The position numbers and the translations under genes are program-made. Below, piece by piece: positions 34,392 to 46,125 of a stretch of 64,000 nt of DNA. This DNA comes from Macrostomum lignano. Its lineage: Eukaryota. The notes beneath the pieces are model-generated. The model was not told the origin of the DNA. It did no database searches and worked only from the letters and a program-made list of their open reading frames with translations. The stretch spans positions 186,001 to 250,000 of the forward strand of contig NIVC01000916.1 of assembly GCA_002269645.1 (NCBI GenBank), given 5' to 3'. The stretch's first letter is position 1; the number at the start of each line of letters is the position of its first letter.

Positions 34392-35375
34392 GTGAGTCAA
34401 CAGCCCGGTGTCAGAATCGATATATCAGGAAATCTTTGTTGAAATACTTGTTGAAATTCTTAACAATCAAGGTGACAATGGAGCGTGGCTCATTATTAAG
34501 TTGCATTGTTATCTACATGTAATGCATTGATTACCGATTTAGCAAAACAGACCAGCGGTCTGGTGCCCCCCTTCGGGGCGGCCAATAAGCGAATCTCATT
34601 CGCCTTTGAGATCTCAGCAATTTCCCCCAAGCTCATCTCACGGATGCCATTGAATAAATGATGAGTCAGTGAACTGGAGTCAGTAATACGAGCTAGGAGA
34701 GTCAGCGAGGGCGGAGTCGGGGAGAGGGGTCAGTGAGAGGGGGTCAGTGAGGGGGGTCAGCGAGAGGGGGTCAGAGTGGGGGGGGCAGTACGAGCGAAAC
34801 GAGCGGTCTGCCGCCTGTCTCAGCGCCGAAATCCGAGGGCAAGTTCGGCTCATAAAGTTCGCTTCGAGGCGGTGCTTCGCTCACCCCTCTCACTGCTAGC
34901 GAAAAATGTTGAAATTTTTACCTGCCTTAAAAAGATTGTGTTCTCAGCCTTGCTAAGTCGCTATTGGAGTTCGGATCAACCTCAGCTGACTTGTCGAATT
35001 CTGGTTTGCTCTGGGGGGCCAGAGCTGCAGGCTTTGTCTGAGCCAATCCAGTTTGAACAACCGGCCAACTGGTTCACCAACTGGTTGCGTGACCGGTTCC
35101 GGAAACTCTGTAATTTTCCACCGACCTTTGAAATGCTGAAAAATGTTGTAAACTTGCCCGATAAATTGCGGGCTGCTATCGCGGAGAGATAAGACTGGGT
35201 GGGGCAGCCAGGACTGCATGGGGGGGGGCTGCAAACTCAAAGAGATATCAGCAGCTTTTTAGTGCAAACAATTTGTATGAGAAATTTCCACTGATCTTTA
35301 AGTAGTTCACTCATTTGCGTCAACCTTTCCTTGCACTTTATGGATCAACGGATCAGTCAGCTGCCTCTCATCTAC

Positions 35376-35613
35376 CCAGTTGGGTAGCCACTCCCTCACT
35401 CAGTTGGGTAGCCACTCCCTCACTCAGTTGGGTAGCCACTCCCTCACTCAGTTGGGTAGCCACTCCCTCACTCAGTTGGGTAGCCACTCCCTCACTCAGT
35501 TGGGTAGCCACTCCCTCACTCAGTTGGGTAGCCACTCCCTCACTCAGTTGGGTAGCCACTCCCTCACTCAGTTGGGTAGCCACTCCCTCACCCAGTTGGG
35601 TAGCCACTCCCTC
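35376..35613. repeat. 24-bp intronic minisatellite (CAGTTGGGTAGCCACTCCCTCACT), 10 copies
   Basis: Tandem array ending ~33 nt before the PISD exon 2 acceptor. Confidence 0.96.
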
Positions 35614-35646
35614 AGCCAGCTGGTCCGCCCCTCTGCCCACCCTCAG

Positions 35647-35973
35647 GCCTACTGCCGCCTGCCGCTGCCTCTGAACTTCATCTCCCGTGCCTGGGGCCGC
35701 TGTCACAGCCGCCCGCTGCCCCGGCTGGCCCGCGCCCCAGTCTACCGGCTGTACAGCCGTCTCTGCAGCTGCGACCTGACCGAGGCCGACTGTCAGGGCC
35801 TGGCGGATTTCAACAGCTTGGCCGAGTTTTTCTCTCGCAGCCTCCGACCGGGCCTTCGACCGGTGTGCCCGACGAGTGACCTGGTGTCCCCCGCCGACGG
35901 CCGGGTGCTCAGCCTGGGCCGGGTTTATGCCGGTCACCTGGAGCAGGTGAAGGGCATCACCTACAGCTTACAG
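35647..35973 (+). CDS. PISD: PISD exon 2
   Basis: ISRAWG...FNSLAEFFSRSLRPGLRP...VSPADG...EQVKGITYSL; acceptor CCCTCAG| and donor CAG|GTGAG. Confidence 0.93.
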
Positions 35974-36549
35974 GTGAGCTGAATTAGGCCTGTTATATCT
36001 GTTAATGCCGTTCTGTTCTGTAGTTTAAACACCTGGTTCTCAATGTACACTTTAAGAGTTCTGGTGCTCGTTAATCCTTCTCTACCCGCCTACAAGTCCC
36101 TTATCTTTGAAGGTCGGGAGGGCTGTTAACCGGCACTGTTTCACCCCTTTGGCTCGCCAAACCGGGACTTTATCAAACTAATTTCTACTAATTAGTAGTC
36201 GAACGTGGCTCTAATGTTTGTTTGAGCAATACTGTGCAACAGGTGGTTCGTCCTCGATTTTCCGGATGCTAAAACTTGGATCACGGATTGGTCTCTGATG
36301 CCAGAAATTCAGTTAACAATGACAACTTCAAGAGGCCTATTGGGGTAGTGTGGGACCTGTACGTAGGATCAACCCCCAAGGCACCGACAGTATGTATGTC
36401 TGACAATTAGAAAGTCGGGTTCGCTGTGCACCCTGTCTGAGTGCGTGGCGTAGGAATGGACATGACTAGCTATGAAATACCATTTCTAGCTCCAATCGCC
36501 AGTGCAAATGCCACAAAACCACCTGCCAACCACCTGCCAACCACCGCAG

Positions 36550-36927
36550 GGTTTCCTTGGTCCCCAGCCGATTGGCGAATTCGACAAAAACCAGACTCTG
36601 CCTAGCAACCATAAAGCGTCGAGTAGCGACGGTCCCTACTTGGAAGGCCTGCGCCGCCTGCCCGGTACGCAGCTGTTCCACTGCACGATCTACCTAGCAC
36701 CGGGTGACTATCACCGGTTTCACTCACCGGCCGACTGGCTGGTGCTGGCCAGGCGCCACTTCCCCGGCCGCCTGCTGTCCGTGGCGCCGCCCGTGGCCGC
36801 GTGCGTGGCCGGCCTGTTCTGCGTCAACGAGCGGGCGGTTTTTGTCGGCGAGTGGCGCCACGGCTTCTTCAGCATGACGGCTGTCGGAGCCACTGGCGTC
36901 GGGTCCATCAGCGTCGCCTGCGATCCG
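36550..36927 (+). CDS. PISD: PISD exon 3
   Basis: GFLG...IYLAPGDYHRFHSP...NER...AVGATGVGSI; acceptor CGCAG| and donor |GTAAG. Confidence 0.95.
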
Positions 36928-37550
36928 GTAAGAGTCGCGGGGAGGGATGTCTTCAACGTGACATACTAAATACCATCAGGTAGGTTAGCTGTTTCAGGGA
37001 ATCTGAGTACCACTTCCTTGACAACTCACTGCACTTCAGCACCTTCTCAGCACCTTAGAACAGTATAAAATCCATTTACACAGTCAGGCTTCAGTAGCCT
37101 AGTGACTTTCGATACCACAGTAAAAAATGAATTTGCATTTGCTAATCAATTGTTAGATATTAAGTCTTGTTTGAGGACAAAATTTTGTAGAAAAAGTCTG
37201 TCAAAAATTATCATTTAACGCGTACAAACAGGTCCAAAGTTTCAGTAAATTTCGAAGTTGTGAACTCAAATAATTTTACTTTGAATGTTCTGATTAAGGA
37301 GGTAATATCTAGTGGTCGTTACCCGTACAGCAATTATCTATACATCCACTGATAAAGACGTCATACGTCGGCTAGACGTCGGACTGCTGTACGGGTTACT
37401 TAGTGCACACTTGGTGCTTTGGGTGGTTAAATTAACCCTGCAAATCGTCTCGACAAGCATCCCGGATGGGACGATCTAGGAGACCGCGATCCGCTACTCA
37501 GTCAGGTCTTAGTCCCATGTAGCTGAGAACTCTCTTCTCTGCTCCCACAG

Positions 37551-37772
37551 GAGCTGGCAACCAACCGCGGCGCCAAACAGGCCGGGCCGGCCGGCTTTGC
37601 TGACCGACGCCTCCAGCCGAATCCGCGCTTCGGCAAAGGCGAGCCGTTCGGCCAGTTCAACCTGGGCAGCACCGTCGTGCTGGTGTTTGAGGCGCCCGAA
37701 CAGTTTCAATTCGCTGCCACGGCTGGACAGAAGATCCGGGTTGGACAGAGCTTTGGCTGGGTGCACAGTTAG
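37551..37772 (+). CDS. PISD: PISD exon 4
   Basis: [16 protein letters not shown] contains the LGST autocleavage motif; ends at TAG. Confidence 0.95.
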   Translation, partial: ELATNRGAKQAGPAGFADRRLQPNPRFGKGEPFGQFNLGSTVVLVFEAPEQFQFAATAGQKIRVGQSFGWVHS

Positions 37773-37956
37773 CTGATATTCGGCTGCCTGCTCTGATTGG
37801 CTGGAGTGCCTGTTGCTGCTATGATGATGGTGCTGTTTGCAGCATCCCGATGTGAGGCAGGATTAGCAAAATGCAGTGCCGGGCTGCTGTGTCGAACTCG
37901 CACTTCAGCTTAGGATACAGGGAGAGGCAGTTTGCTATTTAGAGTGGCAAGTGACC

Positions 37957-37994
37957 CAGGGACTACTCAAAAACTAGTTATTGAGTAGTCCCTG
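37957..37994. other. Perfect 14-bp stem / 10-nt loop inverted repeat, 185 nt after the PISD stop
   Basis: CAGGGACTACTCAA - AAACTAGTTA - TTGAGTAGTCCCTG. Confidence 0.8.
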
Positions 37995-39171
37995 ATGTGA
38001 CCTTGACCCAGTGTGGAGATCTGGTGAGCAGGGCTTACCCGAGAATGTGCCCGAAGAAGAGGCACTTCTGAGTAGTCTGTTCTTTGTGATACCTGTGGAA
38101 CCAATTGTTGTGCTGGCGTATACCGGATGCCAGCGTGTGTGGAACCAATGCGGTTGCATTGCGATTGTACTGGATGCACGAATTGCAGTGTACTAGCTGA
38201 ATGCTGTGAAGTACATGTACGATTGCGGTGCAGAATTTGCACGAGAAATAGGCTGCAGGGAAGGTACACCACGCGTGATAATTGAACCGCGCAGTGCGCT
38301 TTCTCTGCCAAATGAACTCTAACGAGCTCCTATACAGTATACAGATAGCTATTAGCGCCTTTGATCGATTATATAGCCCAATAAACTACTAAAAGTAGTT
38401 GACGGACCAAAAAATTAATCAATAATATGAGCCATAATTCTCTGCGCATTAATTTCTGAATTGCGATAAGATTTGAATGCACTAATTATTAACTCACTCT
38501 ATTTGTACACTGCAGACATCAGTTTTGTTATAATTTAAAGCTTTTTTGTATGCTTTCGATGCCTTTGTTATAGAAGTTGAATATTCAGAGAAACAATGAA
38601 TGGATTCGTTGAGACAATCGTGATTGTATCGGTTGTCATTCATATGCACATTAGAACACTAATTCGCAACCCAGTCATCTTCACGTGCTGATTCTTGGTT
38701 TGCGAAATGCATAACATTTGCATGGATACATATTCATATTTGCACAATTCATCTTGTAAAATACACGAAAGAGTTTCAACTGTAAATTAGTTACAAATGC
38801 ATATTCCATATTTCTGAATTATTCGTGAATCCTCCGGCCTTTAACTTTTGGAAACGTCAGGGAACACCTGAAGTCAGAATGTTTGCAATACAATCAAGAC
38901 AAAGGCATTGACAAGAAATTCGCCGGATTGACAAAGCGTACTTATAATTTTATGCAAAGCTTGGAGCGAAAAAGAGTCTGTACATGGATATAGAACTTCC
39001 TGCACATCGATTAACTACATGTAAGTAGGTTCCAATATAGGCGAACAAATCGCTCAAATCAGTTTTTCGCACTGCATACGACAAAAATGAGCAGTGGCAG
39101 TAAATACTTATAAGGGCGTTGCCAAGGAATCTAGACTCATGGGTATTGCTGACATGATATGGATTAATAAC

Positions 39172-41558
39172 ACTGACCTCCCTCACTCTGACCTCCCTCC
39201 CACTGACCTCCCTCACTCTGACCTCCCTCCCACTGACCTCCCTCACTCTGACCTCCCTCCCATTGACCTCCCTCACTCTGACCTCCCTCCCACTGACCTC
39301 CCTCACTCTGACCTCCCTCACACTGACCTTCCTCACTCTGACCTCCCTCCCACTGACCTCCCTCCCACTGACCTCCTTCACTCTGACCTCCTTCACTCTG
39401 ACCTCCCTCACTCTGATCTCCCTCCCACTGACCTCCATCACACTGACCTCCCTCACACTGACCTCCATCACACTGACCTCCCTCACTCTGACCTCCCTCC
39501 CACTGACCTCCCTCACTCTGACCTCCCTCCCACTGACCTCCCTCACTCTGACCTCCCTCCCACTGACCTCCATCACACTGACCTCCATCACACTGACCTC
39601 CCTCACTCTGACCTCCCTCCCACTGACCTCCCTCACTCTGACCTCCCTCACTCTGACCTCCCTCCCACTGACCTCCATCACACTGACCTCCCTCACTCTG
39701 ACCTCCCTCCCACTGACCTCCATCACACTGACCTCCCTCACTCTGACCTCCCTCCCACTGACCTCCATCACACTGACCTCCATCACACTGACCTCCCTCA
39801 CTCTGACCTCCCCCCCACTGACCTCCCTCACTCTGACCTCCCTCCCACTGACCTCCATCACACTGACCTCCCTCACTCTGACCTCCCTCCCACTGACCTC
39901 CCTCACTCTGACCTCCCTCCCACTGACCTCCCTCACTCTGACCTCCCTCCCACTGACCTCCATCACACTGACCTCCATCACACTGACCTCCCTCACTCTG
40001 ACCTCCCTCCCACTGACCTCCCTCACTCTGACCTCCCTCACTCTGACCTCCCTCACTCTGACCTCCCTCACTCTGACCTCCCTCCCACTGACCTCCATCA
40101 CACTGACCTCCCTCACATTGACCTCCATCACACTGACCTCCCTCACTCTGACCTCCCTCCCACTGACCTCCATCACACTGACCTCCATCACACTGACCTC
40201 CCTCACTCTGACCTCCCTCCCACTGACCTCCCTCACTCTGACCTCCCTCACTCTGACCTCCCTCCCACTGACCTCCATCACACTGACCTCCCTCACTCTG
40301 ACCTCCCTCACTCTGACCTCCCTCACTCTGACCTCCCTCACTCTGACCTCCTTCACTCTGACCTCCCTCACACTGACCTCCATCACACTGACCTCCCTCA
40401 CTCTGACCTCCCTCCCACTGACCTCCCTCACTCTGACCTCCCTCCCACTGACCTCCCTCACTCTGACCTCCCTCCCACTGACCTCCATCACACTGACCTC
40501 CATCACACTGACCTCCCTCACTCTGACCTCCCTCCCACTGACCTCCCTCACTCTGACCTCCCTCACTCTGACCTCCCTCCCACTGACCTCCATCACACTG
40601 ACCTCCCTCACTCTGACCTCCCTCCCACTGACCTCCATCACACTGACCTCCCTCACTCTGACCTCCCTCCCACTGACCTCCATCACACTGACCTCCATCA
40701 CACTGACCTCCCTCACTCTGACCTCCCTCCCACTGACCTCCCTCACTCTGACCTCCCTCACTCTGACCTCCCTCACTCTGACCTCCCTCCCACTGACCTC
40801 CATCACACTGACCTCCCTCACTCTGACCTCCCTCCCACTGACCTCCCTCACTCTGACCTCCCTCCCACTGACCTCCCTCACTCTGACCTCCCTCCCACTG
40901 ACCTCCATCACACTGACCTCCATCACACTGACCTCCCTCACTCTGACCTCCCTCCCACTGACCTCCCTCACTCTGACCTCCCTCACTCTGACCTCCCTCA
41001 CTCTGACCTCCCTCACTCTGACCTCCCTCCCACTGACCTCCATCACACTGACCTCCCTCACATTGACCTCCATCACACTGACCTCCCTCACTCTGACCTC
41101 CCTCCCACTGACCTCCATCACACTGACCTCCATCACACTGACCTCCCTCACTCTGACCTCCCTCCCACTGACCTCCCTCACTCTGACCTCCCTCACTCTG
41201 ACCTCCCTCCCACTGACCTCCATCACACTGACCTCCCTCACTCTGACCTCCCTCACTCTGACCTCCCTCACTCTGACCTCCCTCACTCTGACCTCCTTCA
41301 CTCTGACCTCCCTCACTCTGACCTCCCTCCCACTGACCTCCCTCACTCTGACCTCCCTCACTCTGACCTCCCTCCCACTGACCTCCCTCACTCTGACCTC
41401 CCTCACTCTGACCTCCCTCCCACTGACCTCCATCACACTGACCTCCCTCAGTCTGACCTCCCTCACTCTGACCTCCCTCACTCTGACCTCCCTCCCACTG
41501 ACCTCCATCACACTGACCTCCCTCACATTGACCTCCCTCACACTGACCTCCCTCACAT
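39172..41558. repeat. 15-bp satellite, inverted relative to 29889-33850 (TGACCTCCCTCACTC and variants), ~160 copies with a 945-bp higher-order duplication
   Basis: Rare variants recur 945 nt apart (40116/41061 and 40351/41296). Confidence 0.97.
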
Positions 41559-41600
41559 TTGAAAACTTTTATATTTCAATCGCCGGAGAATTTCCGCGGC

Positions 41601-41648
41601 GGTTGCGTAATCAACCTACTGTATCTTTAAATTCCGCATAAATAACCG
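41601..41648 (+). promoter_or_regulatory. Conserved proximal promoter of heptad gene B
   Basis: GGTTGCGTAATCAACCTA and AATTCCGCATAAATAACCG match 29512-29562 (minus strand). Confidence 0.65.
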
Positions 41649-41723
41649 CGCTATACCTCATTACCCAAAACTCTCAAATAGCGTTTTGCTAGCTGACCAA
41701 CCAATCTGCTTCAAGCAAACAGA

Positions 41724-42108
41724 ATGGCGACAAACTCGTCCAAGCGTCTTCTTCTTGCGGCCACTGCGGGGCTTCTGTGCGCCATCGCGGCTTCCAGTCT
41801 GCCTGGTGGCTCCAGTAACGGACGGACAACGCTGGAACAAGGGCGGAGACCGCTGGAACAATGGCGGACAACACAGGAACAATGGCGGAAAACACATGAA
41901 CAATGGCGGACAACACAGGAACAATGGCGGACAACACAGGAACAATGGCGGACAACACAGGAACAATGGCGGACAACACAGGAACAATGGCGGACAACAC
42001 AGGAACAATGGCGGACAACACAGGAACAATGGCGGACAACACAGGAACAATGGTCGAAACAGCAAGAAGAAGGGCGGAGACCGCAGGAAGAAGGGTGGAA
42101 ATTATTGA
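41724..42108 (+). pseudogene. Secreted heptad-repeat gene B: paralog of A with 13 heptads (mostly RNNGGQH) and an 11-nt deletion at ~41820 that shifts the frame after the signal peptide
   Basis: MATNSSKRLLLAATAGLLCAIAAS. Restoring 11 nt gives 131 aa ending KKGGNY, at the same stop position as A. As written, the ATG frame runs to 42149. Confidence 0.7.
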
Positions 42109-42221
42109 ACTCATTGCTATCCAGCTATTCGGTGTGCTCTGCTCCTTGAACTGTGCTTTCTCTCACAATAGGAAATGAAATTTGAGCCTCTTTGTTAATT
42201 TCATCATTGTATTGACTAGGC

Positions 42222-42227
42222 AATAAA
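42222..42227 (+). terminator. PolyA signal of gene B
   Basis: AATAAA within a 3' UTR homologous to that of gene A. Confidence 0.6.
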
Positions 42228-42865
42228 GCTGAAGTGTTGCTTTGAGTAATACTTTGTGAGCAGTTTTAACATTACATTTTTCATACAGTGTTTTTTAAAC
42301 ACTTTTTTTCAACTTTACTACATTCACACTGTAGCTGGATCGCTAGCTGTTCCTTTCCTGGTGTCGGGCCATCCTTGAGAGTCCAACCCGGTCAGGTGGA
42401 GCGGTAGGGTGGGTACCACGCCCCTTCGAGGGTAGCGCACCAACCTTTATCATGGCCTTTATCATGACTCACTGTGAATAAGAACCCTTTACTAGGGACG
42501 GTGACCCTTCTAAACACCAACGTCAGTCCAAAGTACGTAGTTTTTCTCAATTATTTGGCAATCGAAATCAATTATTTATCGATAATTTTGAAATCGATTT
42601 TCTGTCTGTCGAGATTGAAAGGCAATTACAGAATTTTGAATTATAACAGCAGTCCCTGTACCAGTCAGCCCCTAGAAGATAGATGAAAAGCCATTGTTGC
42701 CTGTATGAAGTGATGGCGCTCATGCTGAGGTGGCTGTCGCTGCGTTGCTAGGAACTTAATTGTTGCAAGTTCCGCAAATTCCATGAATTTGGCCCATGCA
42801 GTTGGCTGAAAAAATTAAAAATCAAAAATTAAAAATGAAAAAAATTCACCGATTTCATTTGCTGA

Positions 42866-43615
42866 TTGAACACTTTTGCTTCTTGCTGCCCAAGTAAAAG
42901 AATGTACACTGCTCCAGCCACTCCAGATTTTTCGGCCATGAGTTTCGGATACCTGCGGCAGATCGGCGGCCGGACATTCTGGGTGTTCCAGCAGAGACAG
43001 ACGGGTCAAATCGCCTTCAACAGGAGCTGGGATGACTACGTCCGCGGCTTCGGGAATGCCACAGAGTTCTGGGCTGGTGAGCATCCCATGCAGTGCTGGG
43101 TGTAAAACATTGTCTGTGTGTGTGCTCAACTTGGCGAGTATGTAAGTTTTTGACCATGCCAATTGCAGGACTCGATAACATCCACGATGTGAGTGCGAAT
43201 AGCCCTAGAAACCTGCGAATCGAGGCCCAGACCTTCGAAGGAGAGTCCTACGCGTTCGAGTATCTCAGCTTCACGGTCGGGAACTGCAGCAAGAACTACA
43301 GGATGAACTGCGGCAGCTTACTCAACGCCAACAAGAGCTTTGGGAGCAACAGCTCCACCTTCACCTCCGACTTCTTGGCCGGGGCTCGAGAGGCTATCAG
43401 TTCTCCACCTTCAACAGGGACAACGACGCTTATTCCTCCTCAAGCTGCAGCACCGGGTATGGCAGGGGCGGCTGCTGGTGGGGAAGCTGCATGAAATCCA
43501 ACCTGAACGGCGTGCACTCAGCCACGCAGGCGTCCGGTGCCGCCTACAAGGCCTCGACTATCATTGGAGACTACGAGGCCCTCCGTATACGATGCAGATG
43601 ATGCTGCGGGTGTGA
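42866..43615 (+). pseudogene. Fibrinogen-related domain (FReD/ficolin-like) gene with intron 43077-43168 and two apparent 1-nt deletions (~43392 and ~43545); 5' end not identified
   Basis: WVFQQR..G..FNRSWDDYVRGFG..EFWAG|LDNIH, then FSTFNRDND..C..GGCWW..C..SNLNG, then ...MMLRV* are spread over three frames. Confidence 0.8.
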
Positions 43616-44075
43616 ATTTTTGTCACAGTTCAATTATCAGTGTTAATGTCTGAAGATGCTTTTTAATAATCCAATTCTTTATATCGGTTGCGAAAAACAA
43701 AATTATCAGTGACTGACTATTGTCCTCATCTCGCGTTGTTACATTTTATTAAACGGCAAAAAATCAAACTGTGAATCGCAACTCTCACAATTGTGTCTTC
43801 GTGTTTCTGGCAGAAACTTTTATGAAATTTTATTTAAACACGATTTCTTTTATTTACGCTTGGATCTTTGTGTTAGGATGTTTTTGCTACACCATGCTCT
43901 GACAGCTAGAATTCTCACATTAAACTGCATTCCGATTCTGTTTTGTAATAACTGAAATTTTATGAGCATATTTATTGGAGTGAAATCAGCATCACTTATT
44001 CTATTCTGTTGGTGCTTTCTATTTAAATATATCCGCTTCTGTCCCACCAAAAGTAACTAAATAAAAGTTCGTTTC

Positions 44076-44276
<201 letters not shown>

Positions 44277-46064
44277 CATGAATTCACCTGCTGGCAGGCA
44301 GGCAACACAGAAGGCAGCAATATGAAGTCCACTTTGTTATTATGGCAGGAGAAATGGTTGGACTCAATTGTTTAAAGGAACAGGAGCCCATATGGTTGGA
44401 AAATCTTCCAGTGCACTTGTAAAATGATTGTCACCGGCTTGAAATAGGACATATGATGGAGTAGCTAAATTTAGTCTGAACTGAAACTGCACCGAACACC
44501 GCCTCCAGCAAAAAATCCCGTACTATATAAGAAGCACGAGGTAATGCTATTACTCGGACTGGTATTAAGATAAATGACTGATTGCAATTGAAATACAGTA
44601 TTTGCGATGTACGTGTAACTTCGAAGAGTTTAAGGAGTCAGAAACAGCAAACCTTTCGCTGGAACTTTGCTTGCTTGCCGGTTTTTTGAATTTTCGCGAA
44701 TTTTTTTACGATTTGAGAGTTCAGCGGCACGACCTTTAGCCGTCCGAGACCTCAGCTGTTTCCGTCCGAACCTTTTAATGTCTTTTTGCATACATACTTT
44801 GCGGCTTGACAATGTCAGAGTTGGGACATTATTTTGAATTCTGGTTGAGTAAGTATCTTCGTAGCCAATATTCCAGCATAATGCACATCTGATGCATAAA
44901 AAATCTGGTAAAACCATGCGCGTTTACAGGACCCGAAAAAATCGCCATATGACTAGGCCTATATGCAGCAGCAGCATATATATAATAAACTCCCGAGTTA
45001 AAGTGACGACAATTGTCCTTCAGCATTTTGAGTTCGCGAGTCCTCCAAATTTACCTTAGGGATCATACTTCAAAAATGATAGAATAATTATACTACGGAA
45101 ATCTGATGAATGTTTCAATACGTACTGTCGCACTGAGCTGCGACTTTCTGGTGGGTCATGTTTGGCTATCCCACGCGTTCTCAATCTTCTTAACCTTCAA
45201 ACCCGCGGAGAAAGCTGCAGCTAAATTCGAGGGGCGGAGAATTTTGGTGGGTCAGTACTCATCTAACCCTGCTTTCGGGCCGAGTCTTACATGTCCGTCA
45301 AGGCCCAATTACATCGAGCTACATGCATGTGCAAAGCATTGCGTCGTGTGTTTTATTAAATTTACACTCATGGAGTGTATGTGGTGCCGTTCCGTCCATT
45401 TTCCTGGCGTCACAGTCTTCAATAATGCTCCGTTACCCAGCTTCGATGCAAATTATCTTTCGCTGCCGTCCCTCGATTAACGCCTTCAACAAGTGAGCTA
45501 TATACTGTTCCGCGAAACGTGTACAAAAATAATAGCTATTCTGTACCAGAAAATCAAAATTTTGTAATGAAAACCAGCATAAAAAGGATTCAGACTGACA
45601 AGTAAATGTAGGATTACAATGCCCATTCTTTCTACAGCTAAATTGTTTTTATCAGCATACTTCCTACGTGTCAGTTTAAAATAATGATTTCCAGAAAAAC
45701 GCCGAAGAAGTAATTCATCAGGGAAGGCTGTTGTATTAAATTTTCAATTGAAAGTTATTTGATAATATTAAAGACTCGGTCGGTTACTTAATAGAAACAA
45801 ATTATTTTATAGTTTTAATTTTTAACTTGTGTTATCTTTGAAAGGTGTGAAAGTTGACTAAACTGTCTTAATAAACATCTAATCCGTCATTTTTTGTCAT
45901 TGTCAAACTCAGTTTGCAAGAAGGTTCTTTATTTCAGTTAAATTAAACTATATTTGATTATGATCATAAAAACCACTATTGTTTGAAAGCCTGTGTAGAC
46001 TGTAAAAACGTAACTATATTAATACAGCCTAAACTTCTGTTAAAGTCAACCAAAGCTTCTTGTC

Positions 46065-46125
46065 ATGGCTACAGCTGTCTCATCTATTAAAAGTAAAGGA
46101 GATGAAGAGCTGGAAATGTGGCTTA
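46065..46125 (+). CDS. GGA: GGA (Golgi-localised, gamma-ear, ARF-binding adaptor), exon 1 of 6; gene 46065-60637, 738 aa
   Basis: MATAVSSIKSKGDEELEMWL + A|GTAAGT joins phase 1 to AC-RATDP, giving ELEMWLNRATDP (GGA consensus LExWLNxAT). The six exons sum to 2217 nt, an intact frame. Confidence 0.75.

Noticed and set aside
38950-41641. 800+ aa ORFs (REVRV / PHSDL / TSLTL)
   Set aside because: Products of the 15-bp satellite; three frames are open, so they are not informative of coding.
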